Assembly: GCA_043757085.1 (NCBI GenBank)
Contig: JAYVQB010000084.1
Location: 1-35,799 of the forward strand
Length of the DNA: 35,799 nt
Reading direction: 5' to 3'
Origin: Verrucomicrobiota bacterium
Lineage (GTDB): Bacteria > Verrucomicrobiota > Verrucomicrobiia > Verrucomicrobiales > Verrucomicrobiaceae
Shown here: piece after piece, positions 14,302 through 23,101 of the stretch
How the letters are laid out: each line of letters begins with the position of its first letter
How positions within the stretch are numbered: position 1 is the stretch's first letter
Program-made: the position numbers and the translations under genes
The notes under the pieces: generated by a model
Seen by the model: the letters and a program-made list of their open reading frames with translations, nothing else
Told to the model about the DNA's origin: nothing
Databases searched by the model: none

Positions 14302-15462
14302 ATGAAAAAACGATACATCGAATTCGACGGACTGCGCGGCTGGCTCGCGTTGTGGGTGGCCTTGGCGCATATCTTATGCTGGTGTGGATATGGGCGAATC
14401 GCTGCAGAGGGTAAACTCGGAAAGTTATGGTCGGAGTTCACGGGGGCTGGTGCTGCCGTGGAGACATTTATTATCCTGAGCGGGTTTGCCATCCACACAT
14501 TGTTACAACGCGAACCACAATCCTATGGGCGATACATGACCGGAAGATTTTTCCGAATCTATCCGGTCTATTTTATCTGTCTGCTAATGAGTTTGGCTTT
14601 GTTACCAGCCACGGCGCATATCGTTGGGTCTATACCCTGGAAGGATGACTATTATATTGGTTGGATGGGATTAATCAGTGAAAACCAGTCTGCAAGTCCT
14701 ACGTCGCATACATTCTGGCATACCGCCTTGTTGCATGGAATCTTACCGAAATCATTTCTGAATTGGGCAGCGACGACGATACTGAAGCCAGCGTGGAGCA
14801 TCAGCCTGGAATGGCAGTTCTATCTGGCTGCGCCGTTTATCGCGCTCATGCTGCGCAAGTCGATTGGCGTGGGCGTTCTGATTGTGGCGGCATTGTTCGG
14901 TCATTTCACGCAGAGCTGGTGGGCCAATCCTGACAATGCATTTTTACTGCGATGGTTGCCGATGTTTCTTATAGGGATCATATGCGCTGAGTTTGCGGCA
15001 TGGTGTGAGCAGCGGGAGGACGTGACGCGTCGTTACGGCATGATGATCGTCGGCATCGGAGTCGGGCTTACTTTGTTCTTTTTTAACAAGCCAATCTCGT
15101 TTGGCATTTGGACGCTGGGCTTCACGGTAGCCATTGGTGCTTGGGAATGCTTTTTCCCCAAGGCCGGGAATTTGCTGAGTGGTGTGCTGCGGATGCGTCT
15201 GGCGCAGTGGCTCGGTGCCTTGTCATATCCGCTCTATCTGCTGCATTGGCCATTCATTGTCGCCATGATTTCATTTTTGCATTGGTGGGATCCGGGTATG
15301 GGACAGAGAGGAATGCTGCTGATTCTGCTGGCGATCGGGATGCCAATGCTTTTGCTCGGCGCATGGGCTTTGCATATTTGGATTGAGAAGCCGTTTATGC
15401 GGATCGGGAAAAGGCTGTCCGGGCGCGCGCCCTCATTATCCACTATACAGAGCGTTCCGTGA
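14302..15462 (+). CDS. Acyltransferase-3 family membrane O-acyltransferase
   Basis: N-terminal EFDGLRGWLALWVALAHI motif and multiple hydrophobic segments throughout, typical of polysaccharide O-acetyltransferases. Confidence 0.8.
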   Translation: MKKRYIEFDGLRGWLALWVALAHILCWCGYGRIAAEGKLGKLWSEFTGAGAAVETFIILSGFAIHTLLQREPQSYGRYMTGRFFRIYPVYFICLLMSLALLPATAHIVGSIPWKDDYYIGWMGLISENQSASPTSHTFWHTALLHGILPKSFLNWAATTILKPAWSISLEWQFYLAAPFIALMLRKSIGVGVLIVAALFGHFTQSWWANPDNAFLLRWLPMFLIGIICAEFAAWCEQREDVTRRYGMMIVGIGVGLTLFFFNKPISFGIWTLGFTVAIGAWECFFPKAGNLLSGVLRMRLAQWLGALSYPLYLLHWPFIVAMISFLHWWDPGMGQRGMLLILLAIGMPMLLLGAWALHIWIEKPFMRIGKRLSGRAPSLSTIQSVP

Positions 15463-16652
15463 GTTTGCGAATCCTCATCATCGTAGAAAATCTCCCCGTT
15501 CCCTTGGACAGGCGGGTGTGGCAGGAGGCTTGTGCGCTGCGGGATGCGGGGAATGAGGTGACGGTGATCTGCCCGCAGATGCTTGGTTGCACGGAGCTAT
15601 TCGAGGTGTTCGAGGGCATTACAATTTATCGTCATTGGATTACGAGGGAAGCGAGGGGCTTAGATGGATTTGTTTGTGAGTATGCTTCCGCATTGTGGGG
15701 CGAGTTGATCTGCGCGGTGAGAGCGTGGCGGCGGACGGGCTTCGACGTGATTCATTTGTGCAATCCACCGGACTTGCTGTTCCTCGTCGCGCTGCCGTTC
15801 AAGCTCATCGCGGATGTGAAGGTAATCTATGACGTGCATGATCTGTGGCCGGAGATGTTCGAGGCCAAGTTTGGGAGGCGGGGGCTGTTCTACTGGTGTG
15901 TGCGTCTCGCGGAACGCTGCACGTTATGGCTGGCGGACGTGGTGATGGCGACGAATCAAAGCGTGCTCGCAACCGTAAAGCGCCGGGGGAAGAAAACAGA
16001 TGACGAGGTATTCGTCGTGCGGACGGCACCGGACAAGTTGAATACCTCACTGCCGGAAGACTTGGGCTTAAAAAAAGGGCGCAGGCACCTAGTCGGTTAT
16101 ATTGGAGTCATGGGAAATGCCGACGGTGTCAACTATCTTGTCGAAGCGGCGGCTCATGTTATTAAGAGGCGGGGACGTGAGGATGTGCAGTTTCTGCTGA
16201 TGGGCTCCGGACCAGAGTATGATGAACTTATCAAGCTCAGAGATGCATATAACTTACAGTCTTATATGGACATGCCCGGCCGGGTTTCGAATGATTTTTT
16301 GTTTACAGCCTTGAAGACGATGGACTTTGGTGTCGCCTGTGATCCCATCAATGACTACAACGATCATTGCACGATGAACAAGACGCTGGAATACATGGCC
16401 TTCGGCAAAGCGCAGGTAATGTTCGGCACACATGAAGGGCGTTACTCCGCCGGTGCTGCCGCGCGATATGTGATGGAGAATTCTGCTGAGAAACTGGGTG
16501 ATGCCATTATTGAGTTACTGGACGATCCTTCGGCGCGCGAACGGATGGGGCGGATCGGGCGCGAACGTCTGGAGAATGAATTGAATTGGGAGCGTTCCGT
16601 TAGCGAAATGTCAAAGGCTTATCAATACGCCATGAATGGCGCTACGGCATGA
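15459..16652 (+). CDS. GT4-family (GT-B) glycosyltransferase
   Basis: LRILIIVENLPVPLDRRVWQEACALRDAGNEVTVICP N-domain, with a C-domain LVGYIGVMG...LLMGSGPE...EYMAFGKAQV pattern. GTGA overlap with the upstream gene. Confidence 0.8.
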   Translation: MSLRILIIVENLPVPLDRRVWQEACALRDAGNEVTVICPQMLGCTELFEVFEGITIYRHWITREARGLDGFVCEYASALWGELICAVRAWRRTGFDVIHLCNPPDLLFLVALPFKLIADVKVIYDVHDLWPEMFEAKFGRRGLFYWCVRLAERCTLWLADVVMATNQSVLATVKRRGKKTDDEVFVVRTAPDKLNTSLPEDLGLKKGRRHLVGYIGVMGNADGVNYLVEAAAHVIKRRGREDVQFLLMGSGPEYDELIKLRDAYNLQSYMDMPGRVSNDFLFTALKTMDFGVACDPINDYNDHCTMNKTLEYMAFGKAQVMFGTHEGRYSAGAAARYVMENSAEKLGDAIIELLDDPSARERMGRIGRERLENELNWERSVSEMSKAYQYAMNGATA

Positions 16653-18658
16653 GAGCGGATGGTGTCCAAATGGATGGTGGCGAGTCGATCTCTGATGAGG
16701 TCAACGCGAGTCAGAACGTGTCGGGATCTGTGACGGCGATGGATGCGGGTTTTGTGACGAGACTCATCAAAGCTGCGCTGGCGATCTGCTTTCTGATGGG
16801 CTTTCTCCTTACGGGATTGCTGGGCACGGAGACGCGGCTTTTGTTCTTCTGGCCGGGGGCTGCGTTGATCGGGATGGCCGGGGTTTTGGCCGCAGTGCGC
16901 TGGCGCTGGCGGGTGAGAAATGCGCCAGTGGAATGGTGTCTGGCCACTGTGCTTTTGCTGGGGGGATATTTTTTAATCCGCCAGATCAGCTCTCCGGTAT
17001 GGTTTTGGGCGCGGGAGGATTTGTTTATGATGTTGGGCTGTGGCGTGGCTTATCTGCTGGCGGCCACGGTGCTGAGTCATCCTCGGTGGCACATGGCGAT
17101 GGTGTTGCTGCTTGCGGTGTTGCTAGTAGCGAATCTCGCCGTCGGCTTCGTGCATTTTTCCGGTCGTTGGGGATTTCATCTGGTGCCGCATTACATGCGA
17201 ACTTTTGGCGAGGGTGTGCAGCACCGTATTGGAGGACTGTTCATCAATCCCAACCACCTCGCCGCCTTCCTGGTGATGATGACCATGCTGATGCTGGGCT
17301 TGGCGTGTTTCGGCAGGGGCGGTGCAGTGAGGCGGCTTCTATGTTCTTTTGCCGCCATCGCTGCGGCCATTGGAATCACATTGACGGAAAGTCGCGGGGC
17401 AATGATTGGACTTGGTGCGGGCGGCGTGGCGCTGGCCGTGATGCTTCTGTTGGTTCTGCGGCAGGCGCATCCCCATCTGGTGCTGAAGGCGGCCTTGGGA
17501 ATGGTTCTGGTCGGGGGCCTGGCATCACTGGTTCTTGGCGCGGTGATGAAAGATCGGCTGCAAAACCGTTTCGCTGACGGCGAGATTTTTCAGAGTGATC
17601 CGCGTGTTTTAATCTGGCGTTCCGCGCTGGCGCAACACGCGGAGCATCCGTTGTTCGGCGCGGGTGCGCGGATGTTCTATGAAGGCTGCATCAGGCTCAG
17701 GCCTGACGACGCTCCGTCGTGGATGCAGGATGCACAGTTCGTGCACAATGAGTGGCTCCAGACGCTCGCGGATTACGGGTGGGTGGGGCTGGGGCTAGTG
17801 CTTCTGATGTTCGCAGCTCATCTGGGCAATGGCTGGCGTTATTTGAGCTGGTTCGCCAAAGAACGATTTCCGCGAACGGCAGTGCTGAACGGATCGCGTC
17901 TGGGCCTGACTGTGGGTGCGATGGCGGCGATGGTCGCGGTGCTGGTGCAGGCGGTGTTCGAGTTTCATTTTCATGTCCCCGCTGTGGCGCTTTTCGTGGC
18001 CATGTTGCTGGGCGTGCTGGCGAATCCCGGTTTCGAGGGTTCACTTCGACGCCCGAGGCGGATTCCTGGCGTGCGGATTTTAAGCAAGATGGCGATGTTG
18101 GGTTGCGGCACTGCTTTAATTTGGGGTGCGTGGATGATTGGTCGTGCTGATTACTTTGTGGAGAGATCAATCGTGAGGAGTGGCGAGGAGGATGCAAAAG
18201 ACGGACGCATGATGTGGCTGACCCGGGCGGTAGAACTTGATCCGGCGAATGCGCAGACATGGTATGAGCGCGGACTGTTGCGGATCAAGGAGGCTGAGGG
18301 TCAGTCTTGGAAGTCCGGCCAAGTGATGCTGGAGGGCGCAGTGCGTGATCTGGAGCAATCACACCAACTCAATCCCCATGATTTTTATCCAACGCTTGAT
18401 TTGGCCAACGCTCAGGACGCATTGGGGAAATATGCGGAAGCAGAAAAAAATATCATCGATGCCTGTCGGCTGGCGCCATTGTATCAGCAGCCAAGGATGG
18501 CGCTCGCCATTCATCTGAACCGGCTAAAAAACTGGACCGGTGCGGATGAAGCTTACCTCTGGGCATCAGAGGCCAGGGCCGGAATCTATTCAGATGAATG
18601 GAGGGATTTTTATCAAGAAATGCTGCGGAGCGCCCAGAGTGAGAATCCGCCTAAATAG
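16649..18658 (+). CDS. Wzy_C / O-antigen-ligase-like polytopic membrane protein with C-terminal TPR-like region
   Basis: More than 10 hydrophobic segments. FVHNEWLQTLADYGWVGLGL is the Wzy_C signature. The C-terminal ~170 aa are soluble and TPR-like (AVELDPANAQTWYERGLL...ALGKYAEAEKNIIDACRLAP). ATGA overlap with GT4. Confidence 0.75.
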   Translation: MRADGVQMDGGESISDEVNASQNVSGSVTAMDAGFVTRLIKAALAICFLMGFLLTGLLGTETRLLFFWPGAALIGMAGVLAAVRWRWRVRNAPVEWCLATVLLLGGYFLIRQISSPVWFWAREDLFMMLGCGVAYLLAATVLSHPRWHMAMVLLLAVLLVANLAVGFVHFSGRWGFHLVPHYMRTFGEGVQHRIGGLFINPNHLAAFLVMMTMLMLGLACFGRGGAVRRLLCSFAAIAAAIGITLTESRGAMIGLGAGGVALAVMLLLVLRQAHPHLVLKAALGMVLVGGLASLVLGAVMKDRLQNRFADGEIFQSDPRVLIWRSALAQHAEHPLFGAGARMFYEGCIRLRPDDAPSWMQDAQFVHNEWLQTLADYGWVGLGLVLLMFAAHLGNGWRYLSWFAKERFPRTAVLNGSRLGLTVGAMAAMVAVLVQAVFEFHFHVPAVALFVAMLLGVLANPGFEGSLRRPRRIPGVRILSKMAMLGCGTALIWGAWMIGRADYFVERSIVRSGEEDAKDGRMMWLTRAVELDPANAQTWYERGLLRIKEAEGQSWKSGQVMLEGAVRDLEQSHQLNPHDFYPTLDLANAQDALGKYAEAEKNIIDACRLAPLYQQPRMALAIHLNRLKNWTGADEAYLWASEARAGIYSDEWRDFYQEMLRSAQSENPPK

Positions 18659-18685
18659 AAAGCACGAATCAGCGGTTATTTTAGC

Positions 18686-18714
18686 AAGGCGGACCCGAGT
18701 CCGCCTTCTTTTTT
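18686..18714 (+). terminator. Rho-independent terminator ending the lar-glycan gene array
   Basis: AAGGCGGAC-ccga-GTCCGCCTT (9-bp perfect stem) followed by CTTTTTT, 28 nt after the stop codon. Confidence 0.85.
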
Positions 18715-18760
18715 GTCGTGGTGGTTGATTTACCCGGCTTTCTTGATTGACTGAGCGGAC

Positions 18761-19699
18761 ATGAAAGACGGGTTGAAAATATTAAGCGGGTCGGCGCATC
18801 CGGCATTGTCGAAGGCCATCGCGGAACATCTCGGGGTATCCTTATGTTCGGTGACACTGGAAACTTTTCCGGACGAGGAAACTTTTGTCCAGATCAATGA
18901 AAACATCCGGGGTCGCGATGTCTTCATTGTCCAGCCCACCTGTCCGCCCGCGAATCAAAACTTGATGGAGCTGCTCATCATGGTGGATGCGGTGCGGCGC
19001 GCCAGTGCGAATCGGATCACGGCGGTGCTGCCATTTTTCGGCTACGCGCGGCAGGACCGCAAAGACCGCCCGCGTGTTCCCATTACTGCGAAACTGGTGG
19101 CGAACCTCATGGTTGCCGCCGGGGTGAACCGGGTGCTGACCATGGATTTGCACGCCCAGCAGATTCAGGGTTTCTTCGACATCCCCGTGGATCACCTTTA
19201 TGCCTCACCCGTGCTCATCAAGACCATCCGGGATCGCGGGCTGGAGGACATCGTGGTCGTATCACCCGATGTCGGCGGCATCAAGATGTCGCACGCCTAC
19301 GCGCGGGCATTGAAAGCGCCGCTGGCCATCGTGGCCAAGAACCGCATCAATGCGGAAGAGGTCGAGGCGCTCACCGTGATCGGAGACGTGAAAGGCAAGA
19401 ATGTGCTACTGGTGGATGACCTGACCGAGTCCGCCGGAACACTCACCTCGGCAGCGAAACTTCTGAGCGAGTATGGAGCGAGAAATATCTACGCAGGCGT
19501 CTCCCACGCCGTGCTCAGCGAAAAAGGCCGGAATCGGCTGGCAGATTCGGCCATTATGGAAGTTCTGGCCACCGACAGCGTTCCCCAAGCCTACGGCCCC
19601 AAAGTGACCGCCTTGAGCATAGCTGAACTGATGGGGGAGGCCATCAAGCGCATCCACTCTGATGAGTCTGTAACTTCGCTGTTTGACATCCGCGGGTAG
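18761..19699 (+). CDS. prs: Ribose-phosphate pyrophosphokinase (PRPP synthetase)
   Basis: FPDEETFVQINENIRGRDVFIVQ, ...PFFGYARQDRK... and ...VSPDVGG...LVDDL motifs. Conserved prs-ctc-pth order. Confidence 0.95.
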   Translation: MKDGLKILSGSAHPALSKAIAEHLGVSLCSVTLETFPDEETFVQINENIRGRDVFIVQPTCPPANQNLMELLIMVDAVRRASANRITAVLPFFGYARQDRKDRPRVPITAKLVANLMVAAGVNRVLTMDLHAQQIQGFFDIPVDHLYASPVLIKTIRDRGLEDIVVVSPDVGGIKMSHAYARALKAPLAIVAKNRINAEEVEALTVIGDVKGKNVLLVDDLTESAGTLTSAAKLLSEYGARNIYAGVSHAVLSEKGRNRLADSAIMEVLATDSVPQAYGPKVTALSIAELMGEAIKRIHSDESVTSLFDIRG

Positions 19700-19755
19700 G
19701 GGTGTATTCTGCCCGCCCCTTTCCCCCAATCCAGCGAACCCAGACTCATCTTATC

Positions 19756-20463
19756 ATGGCCAAAATCCTCGAACTGAGCGCGACTCCTCGCACTATCTCC
19801 GGCACTACCGCAGTGAAACGCTTGCGCAAGACCGGACGCATTCCCGCAGTCATTTACGGAAAGAAGCATGAGAACGCGAATCTGGATTTGGATGCCAAGA
19901 CCTTCGCGAAAATTCTAAACGCGAGCGCCTCGGACAACATTCTCGTCAATCTCAAGATCGAGGGAGAGAAGGCGGATTCACTGGCCTTGGTTCAGGAAGT
20001 TCAGCACGACCATCTCCGTGGTGGCATTCTGCATGTGGACTTTCACGCCGTGGCTGCTGACGAAGTAATTCATGCTAACGTGGCCATCGTGCTTACGGGC
20101 GTTGATATCGCCGAGAAAAAAGGCGGCATGCTGGAGCACATTATGCACTCGATCGAAGTGCGCTGTCTGCCGAAAGATCTTCCTGAGAAGTTGCTTCTCG
20201 AAGTCGCTTCATTGGAATTGAATCAATCGAAGCATGTGAGCGATCTCAAATTCCCAGAAGGTGTCTCTACCAAGCTTGATGGTCACGTTGTCATCGCTGT
20301 TTTGAAAGAGCCTACCGTAGCGGAAGAAGTGGTTCCTGCCGCTGCCGCAGCCCCCGCCGCTGGTGCAGCCGCTCCCGCAGCTGGTGCCGCTCCTGCCGCA
20401 GGCGCAGCCGCTCCCGCCAAAGGCGCTGCTCCTGCCAAGGGCACCGCCCCGGCCAAGAAATAA
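19756..20463 (+). CDS. rplY: 50S ribosomal protein L25 / general stress protein Ctc, with an Ala/Pro/Gly/Lys-rich C-terminal tail
   Basis: MAKILELSATPRTISGTTAVKRLRKTGRIPAVIYGK is the L25/Ctc N-terminus. ATG 19756 is preferred over the track's upstream start at 19702. Confidence 0.9.
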   Translation: MAKILELSATPRTISGTTAVKRLRKTGRIPAVIYGKKHENANLDLDAKTFAKILNASASDNILVNLKIEGEKADSLALVQEVQHDHLRGGILHVDFHAVAADEVIHANVAIVLTGVDIAEKKGGMLEHIMHSIEVRCLPKDLPEKLLLEVASLELNQSKHVSDLKFPEGVSTKLDGHVVIAVLKEPTVAEEVVPAAAAAPAAGAAAPAAGAAPAAGAAAPAKGAAPAKGTAPAKK

Positions 20464-20487
20464 ACCCACGTCCCAGAAACTCTGAAT

Positions 20488-21117
20488 GTGTCCGAAGCTG
20501 TCCCATCGTCCGTCGCGATTCCGCGCCTGATCGTAGGACTTGGCAATCCCGGACGCGAATACGAGGACACGAGGCACAACATTGGATTCATGGTCGTGGA
20601 CGCTCTCGCCAGTCAGTTGCAGGTTTCTTGGGCAGTGGAAAAACGCTGGGACTGTGCGCTCGCGAAATTTGCCGCAGGATGGTTGCTCAAACCCCTCACC
20701 TTCATGAATGGCAGTGGCGAGGCCGCTTCCGCCGTAGGCCGTTTTTTCAAAATCGACCCGCACGAGGTTCTCGCCGTCTATGATGATGTGGACTTGCCAT
20801 TGGGAACTGTGCGCTTTCGCATGAACGGCTCCGCAGCAGGACACAATGGCGTCCGCTCACTCATCTCACACCTCGATGGTGAAAATTTTCCACGCCTCAA
20901 GATGGGCATCGCTCCCGCGCAAGGCCGTCCAGCGGGCGACCGCATGATCGGCCATGTCCTCGGTAAATTTTCAGCCGATGAAAAGCCTCTCGTGCATTCT
21001 GTGATCCAGCGTGCTACAGAAGCCGTCCAGTCTGCGCTGCGCCATGGACTTGAAGCCGCAATGAATCTCTACAACCGCAAAGAAGAAACAGTGAACCCAA
21101 ACAGCCAAAAACCATGA
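20488..21117 (+). CDS. pth: Peptidyl-tRNA hydrolase
   Basis: LIVGLGNPGREYEDTRHNIGFMVVD and GHNGVRS motifs. GTG start. Confidence 0.9.
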   Translation: MSEAVPSSVAIPRLIVGLGNPGREYEDTRHNIGFMVVDALASQLQVSWAVEKRWDCALAKFAAGWLLKPLTFMNGSGEAASAVGRFFKIDPHEVLAVYDDVDLPLGTVRFRMNGSAAGHNGVRSLISHLDGENFPRLKMGIAPAQGRPAGDRMIGHVLGKFSADEKPLVHSVIQRATEAVQSALRHGLEAAMNLYNRKEETVNPNSQKP

Positions 21118-21398
21118 GCCGCAAATACGAAGCCATGATCGTCCTCGATACCAAAGGTAAAGAGGAAAGTGTCGAAACCCTCATCAGTCAAATCACCCGC
21201 GACTTCGAGCAGAATGGCGCGAAGCTCGAGCAGGTGGACAACCTCGGGAAGAAAAAATTCCCCTATGCTCCCCGCCACGTCGAGTCCGGCACCTTCGTGA
21301 ACTTCCTCTTTGAAGGAGACAGCACGACCGTGGATAAACTCCAGGCGAAGCTCAAGCTCAACGAAAACATCTACCAGCAGTATTATCAGCGTCGCTGA
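21114..21398 (+). CDS. rpsF: 30S ribosomal protein S6
   Basis: MSRKYEAMIVLDTKG...KKKFPYAP pattern of S6. ATGA overlap with pth, and followed by ssb. Confidence 0.9.
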   Translation: MSRKYEAMIVLDTKGKEESVETLISQITRDFEQNGAKLEQVDNLGKKKFPYAPRHVESGTFVNFLFEGDSTTVDKLQAKLKLNENIYQQYYQRR

Positions 21399-21406
21399 TG
21401 CGGGTC

Positions 21407-21431
21407 GATTTTTTCACCAGTTGAAAAAATC
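21407..21431 (+). repeat. Perfect 10-bp AT-rich inverted repeat (GATTTTTTCA-ccagt-TGAAAAAATC) in the rpsF-ssb spacer
   Basis: Read directly from the sequence, 9 nt after the rpsF stop and 40 nt before the ssb ATG. Confidence 0.7.
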
Positions 21432-21471
21432 AATCGCCAAATCGCGGCCTGTTCGCTAACCTGCTTGCACT

Positions 21472-21975
21472 ATGGCTTCATTGAACAAAGTAATGCTCAT
21501 CGGGAATCTCACGCGGGATCCCGAAGTTCGCTACACGCCCAAGGGTAGCGCTGTGTGCGACCTCGCCCTCGCCGTGAACCGCTCCTTCACTGCCGACAAC
21601 GGCGAGAAACGTGAGGAAGTGACTTATGTGGATATTGTCGTCTGGGCCAAGCTTGCCGAAATAGCCGGGAAATATCTGCAAAAAGGCGCGCCAGTTTTTG
21701 TCGAAGGCCGCCTTCAGATGGATCAATGGGATGACAAACAGACCGGGGTGAAGCGCACAAAAATCCGTGTGGTCGCCGAGAATTTTCAGTTCCTTGGACG
21801 TCGCGAAGGCGGCGCCGGTGGTGGTGAACATACTGGCGGCGATGAAGGCGGTGGATTCCGTCCCGCAGCCCGTCCAGCGCAGAAGCCTCAAGCCGCGCGT
21901 CAGGAACAGCCCGCTGCGGAATTCAGCGAAGGACCGATTACCGACGGGCTGGAAGATGACGACATCCCGTTTTGA
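21472..21975 (+). CDS. ssb: Single-stranded DNA-binding protein
   Basis: MASLNKVMLIGNLTRDPEVRYTPKGSAVCDL OB-fold N-terminus, a Gly/Pro/Gln-rich linker, and the acidic tip DDDIPF. Confidence 0.95.
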   Translation: MASLNKVMLIGNLTRDPEVRYTPKGSAVCDLALAVNRSFTADNGEKREEVTYVDIVVWAKLAEIAGKYLQKGAPVFVEGRLQMDQWDDKQTGVKRTKIRVVAENFQFLGRREGGAGGGEHTGGDEGGGFRPAARPAQKPQAARQEQPAAEFSEGPITDGLEDDDIPF

Positions 21976-22004
21976 TTCCACACTGAATGAATCGCGTGTA
22001 GCGA

Positions 22005-22028
22005 GGCAGGCTTCGGCCTGCTTTTTTT
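22005..22028 (+). terminator. Rho-independent terminator after ssb
   Basis: GCAGGC-ttcg-GCCTGC stem-loop (22006-22021) followed by TTTTTTT (22022-22028). Confidence 0.8.
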
Positions 22029-22031
22029 ATT

Positions 22032-23087
22032 TCACGCGACTGACAGCATCTCGTGCAGCATCGGCATCATCTGCATATATAAACTCTGTCCGCCAAGGCG
22101 GCTGAGTTGTTCGCTGATGAGCGCTGAATCCGTCACCAGATCAGCGGGCAGCATTTCTTCATGCGTGTGATTTTGAATGACGACTTTCGTGCAGACATAA
22201 GCTGCGCCGCAGTCGCGCGAAACGGTGAACCTCGCACGATCAGATGCGAACGAAATGCCAAGCAGAGCCTCTTTGCTAGATTCTGCACGGAAGCTCACGA
22301 CCATTACATTGCCTTCCGGCGTGATCAATTTGATGCCGCCTGATGTATCCAGCTTGCATTTCATGCGCACGGCAATCCACGCGGCGATCAGCAGTCCTGC
22401 AAGCCGGTGCCCGGCGGAATGCGTGATCTCGATGCGCCGTAAATTTGAAAGTTCAGCAAGAGCAATGGAATCTTGAAAGCACGATGCCAGCGCAGTGCGG
22501 AAAAGATGTGAACGCAGCCAACTCAAATCATAGACGCGGAATCGGGCGGTTGATTGAGACAGCGCGTGTTGTAAAGCCGCGAAATCGTGCCCTGGATTTT
22601 TCCATTTTGAGCTGTCGATGAACAGCATGTCCATCACGCTGTAAAAACGCTCGGAGAAATTGGCCGTGAGATCGCCCTGCCACCAGCACACCAGAGGCAG
22701 ATCGGAATCGAGATGAGCGAAGACGATGTTCCGCACTTGGTTCATGCTGCCGCCTTCCAGCAGAAACGAAACCTGCTCGCTGCACACGGATTTTTGACCC
22801 TCGTGAAGCTGACAGTGGGCGGTTATCCAGGCGCGTGCGCTCGCAGTCCCGGCTGGCAGCGCCAGCAGAAGCATACCGCGACAGGCGTGTTCCTGAGTTA
22901 TCTCTTTAAGAAGTTTTGTATTGGCTTCGATGGTCGATGCATCCTCGCTATAGATGGCAAAGTTCATCAGCGACGCGCGGGTGCGCGCCTCGTCCTTGCC
23001 CCAGAGATCCTTCAAGGCCATGTCCACCTGGCCGAGCGGCACCTCTTGACCGAGGATGGTGAGTGAGTCTTCAAGTGGGATGCTCAT
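22032..23087 (-). CDS. opcA: OpcA, glucose-6-phosphate dehydrogenase assembly/allosteric effector protein
   Basis: Downstream of zwf on the same strand. N-terminus ...VDMALKDLWGKDEARTRASLMNFAIYSED and overall length fit the OpcA family as I recall it. Confidence 0.7.
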   Translation of the reverse strand: MSIPLEDSLTILGQEVPLGQVDMALKDLWGKDEARTRASLMNFAIYSEDASTIEANTKLLKEITQEHACRGMLLLALPAGTASARAWITAHCQLHEGQKSVCSEQVSFLLEGGSMNQVRNIVFAHLDSDLPLVCWWQGDLTANFSERFYSVMDMLFIDSSKWKNPGHDFAALQHALSQSTARFRVYDLSWLRSHLFRTALASCFQDSIALAELSNLRRIEITHSAGHRLAGLLIAAWIAVRMKCKLDTSGGIKLITPEGNVMVVSFRAESSKEALLGISFASDRARFTVSRDCGAAYVCTKVVIQNHTHEEMLPADLVTDSALISEQLSRLGGQSLYMQMMPMLHEMLSVA

Positions 23088-23101
23088 GATGCGTTGTTGT
23101 T

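Noticed and set aside
19695-19719. GGTAGGGGTGTATTCTGCCCGCCCC at the prs stop codon as another decayed GTAG-headed repeat (shares GGTAG...CCGCCCC and ATTCTGCCCG with the other repeats)
   Set aside because: The similarity is short and gapped, and no convincing hairpin remains. It is too weak to call without genome-wide repeat models.
19702-19755. N-terminal extensions suggested by the ORF track for rplY (19702), argH (26495), the AlgD-like gene (12975), the M23 peptidase (25994) and the oxidoreductase (7961)
   Set aside because: Family N-termini begin at the internal ATGs (19756, 26534, 12984, 25922, 7967). The extensions use non-ATG starts and, for the peptidase, would overlap the divergent fur-family gene.
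21976-22031. Absence of rpsR/rplI after rpsF-ssb as a possible deletion or rearrangement
   Set aside because: A clean terminator follows ssb. The rpsF-ssb-rpsR order is common but not universal, so there is no sequence evidence of a scar.
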